From a virus, in IMG/VR virus record IMGVR_UViG_3300045988_103857: 64,000 nt of DNA. One strand, 5' to 3'. This document shows, piece after piece, positions 62,846 to 64,000 of the stretch. The notes under the pieces are model-generated. The model worked only from the letters and a program-made list of their open reading frames with translations, made no database searches and had not been told where the DNA came from. A program made the translations under genes and the position numbers. Position 1 is the stretch's first letter. The number at the start of each line of letters is the position of its first letter.

Positions 62846-62875
62846 AGCCCCCGGGACTATCTCCCGGGGGCTTTT
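62846..62875 (+). terminator. strong rho-independent terminator closing the rightward operon
   Basis: 11-bp stem AGCCCCCGGGA/TCCCGGGGGCT running into TTTT. Confidence 0.75.
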
Positions 62876-63270
62876 GCTGTCTTATTCTGGCGGCGTAACG
62901 ACGGCGCGGCACTCAGCCGGTAAACAGCCCCACCGCCGAAGCTGTTAAAATACATTTATCACAAAACCGCCGAAGTTGTCAAGCAAAAATTTTTTTTATT
63001 TTGGGACTTGATTTTTAAAACCGACGTGGATAAAATAAAATCAACGACAGGCGACGGAACTCAGGAGGGGAGCGGTAGCCAGAGCACGAAAAGAATAAGA
63101 TTTTAACAGCCAGATCACGCCGGACAAGGTGCCGGAAGGTCTGGCTTTTTGTGCGCTATATGCCGGAAAATTTCCGTATTACAAGACGTATAAATATATA
63201 ATAACTGTTTATATAATCCCCTCCAAGATTTTAGAGACCTAGAGCGTGTCTGAAAAACATTTTAAATTGT

Positions 63271-63708
63271 TTATTTTAACCAAATTAATATTGAGGCGAT
63301 ACAAATAAATCCCAAGTAGGTTGCAGCTAATTTGTCATAACGTGTAGCGATTCGTCGGAATGCTTTTAATTTCAGAAAATACTTTTCTACTAAATGGCGT
63401 TCTTTGTATAACCACCAATCACAATGACGTTCAAATTTAGCTCCCTTTCGGGATGGAATGGTTGGCTCTCCACCGCGGGCGTACACATAATCAAGTAATT
63501 TATTACTGTCGTATCCTCGGTCAGCTAACACATTGCTTCCGTTTATTTCAATTTGATCGAGCAAAGGGATTGCATAATTGATATCATTACGCTGTCCCTC
63601 ACTGATCATTAAATAAACTGGATATCCATAGGCATCTACTGCCGCATGGATTTTGGTGCTGGCTCCTCCACGGCTATGCCCGATTTCATTTGAAGGCCCC
63701 CTTTTTTT
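63271..63708 (-). CDS. IS5-family transposase orfB, reached by -1 frameshift on an A7 run (plus-strand T7 at 63702..63708)
   Basis: After GCA AAA AAA G, the -1 frame reads GPSNEIGHSRGGASTKIHAAVDAYGYPVYLMISEGQRND...ADRGYDS... Confidence 0.7.
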   Translation of the reverse strand, partial: KKRGPSNEIGHSRGGASTKIHAAVDAYGYPVYLMISEGQRNDINYAIPLLDQIEINGSNVLADRGYDSNKLLDYVYARGGEPTIPSRKGAKFERHCDWWLYKERHLVEKYFLKLKAFRRIATRYDKLAATYLGFICIASILIWLK

Positions 63709-64000
63709 GCACCGGCACTATGCTGGTGCGCCTGGATAATAGAAGCATCAATGGATAATTCTTCCAATTCTGCTTCAAGACTTAAAATACGGAAAATATT
63801 ATCAAGGATACCATCATCGATCCATTTTCGGAATCGGCTATAGACAGTTTTCCATGAACCATAACGTTCAGGAAGATCGCGCCAAGGTGCCCCACTACGT
63901 GCAAGCCATACAATTCCATTCATAATGATACGATTGTCTTTCCTTGGACGTCCTTGTTTTCCAGTATTTTCAGGAGGTAATAAAGGTTCAATGCGAAGCC
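63636..64000 (-). CDS. IS5-family transposase orfA (N-terminus beyond the window)
   Basis: The frame stays open to the window edge (..GRPRKDNRIIMNGIVWLARSGAPWRDLPERYG..). Confidence 0.75.
   Translation of the reverse strand, partial: LRIEPLLPPENTGKQGRPRKDNRIIMNGIVWLARSGAPWRDLPERYGSWKTVYSRFRKWIDDGILDNIFRILSLEAELEELSIDASIIQAHQHSAGAKKGGLQMKSGIAVEEPAPKSMRQ

Larger units (their letters stand above)
63230..64000 (-). mobile_element. IS5-family insertion sequence (left boundary approximate; continues past the window end)
   Basis: Contains a two-frame DDE transposase typical of the IS5/IS427-type group. The terminal inverted repeat was not identified. Confidence 0.7.

Noticed and set aside
62738-63230. 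A CRISPR array downstream of the cas5-like gene.
   Set aside because: I could find no second copy of the repeat-like sequence at spacer distance. A single repeat-like unit is reported as a low-confidence observation only.

Overview
The window reads as a temperate siphovirus-type phage or prophage of a Firmicutes/Clostridia-like host. The host call is an inference from AGGAGG-type ribosome binding sites (RBS) and gene content (XhlA, LytTR, BspA-type LRR, Rha, YopX). A second cargo region and an IS5-family element follow it.

Gene order, left to right:
- Major capsid (5' partial) and head-tail adaptor.
- An ~11.5 kb cargo island (1362-12927): XhlA-like protein, sigma-r4-like HTH, Q/P-rich proteins, an HNH homing endonuclease, a Cys-rich trio, two HExxH proteins, two fibre genes and a diversity-generating retroelement (DGR).
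- Head-closure and neck genes, interrupted by a Rha moron and a holin-like gene.
- Major tail protein, G/GT chaperone pair with a -1 slippery site, a 1658-aa tape measure, and LRR/Ig-domain distal tail proteins.
- A 713-bp non-coding island, then a CHAP-SH3 endolysin.
- A reverse-strand moron block with an orphan LytTR response regulator.
- The CI/Cro switch and antirepressor.
- A long early operon: SSB-like protein, Rad50/SbcC-like ATPase, RecT, a second HNH endonuclease, an interrupted MBL-fold gene, an RHH + GIY-YIG pair, N6/N4 and C5 DNA methyltransferases, YopX, replisome organizer and DnaC-like loader.
- A tyrosine integrase next to an att-like region (54.4-54.6 kb). This region holds a tRNA 3'-end fragment flanked by two ~30-bp phased GGAACA repeat blocks.
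- From 54.6 to 63.2 kb: a leftward operon (J-domain protein and others) and a rightward RHH-controlled operon. The rightward operon carries a GIY-YIG nuclease, five small ORFs (the last four acidic), a solitary Cas5-like gene and a repeat-like 3' RNA region.
- An IS5-family insertion sequence runs off the right edge.

Most notable observations:
1. A complete DGR whose TR/VR pair differs at 16 positions, all at TR adenines. It has no recognisable Avd, and its RT frame carries an in-frame TAA.
2. An HNH endonuclease gene immediately upstream of an MBL gene whose HxHxDH-coding sequence is split by a GG-TTAATTAA-GG insertion. The geometry resembles the T4 mobA/gene 60 bypass cassette.
3. A solo cas5-like gene at the end of an acr/aca-like operon.

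No rRNA gene, intact tRNA gene or multi-repeat CRISPR array was found. All family assignments come from motif recognition by eye and were not searched against any database.
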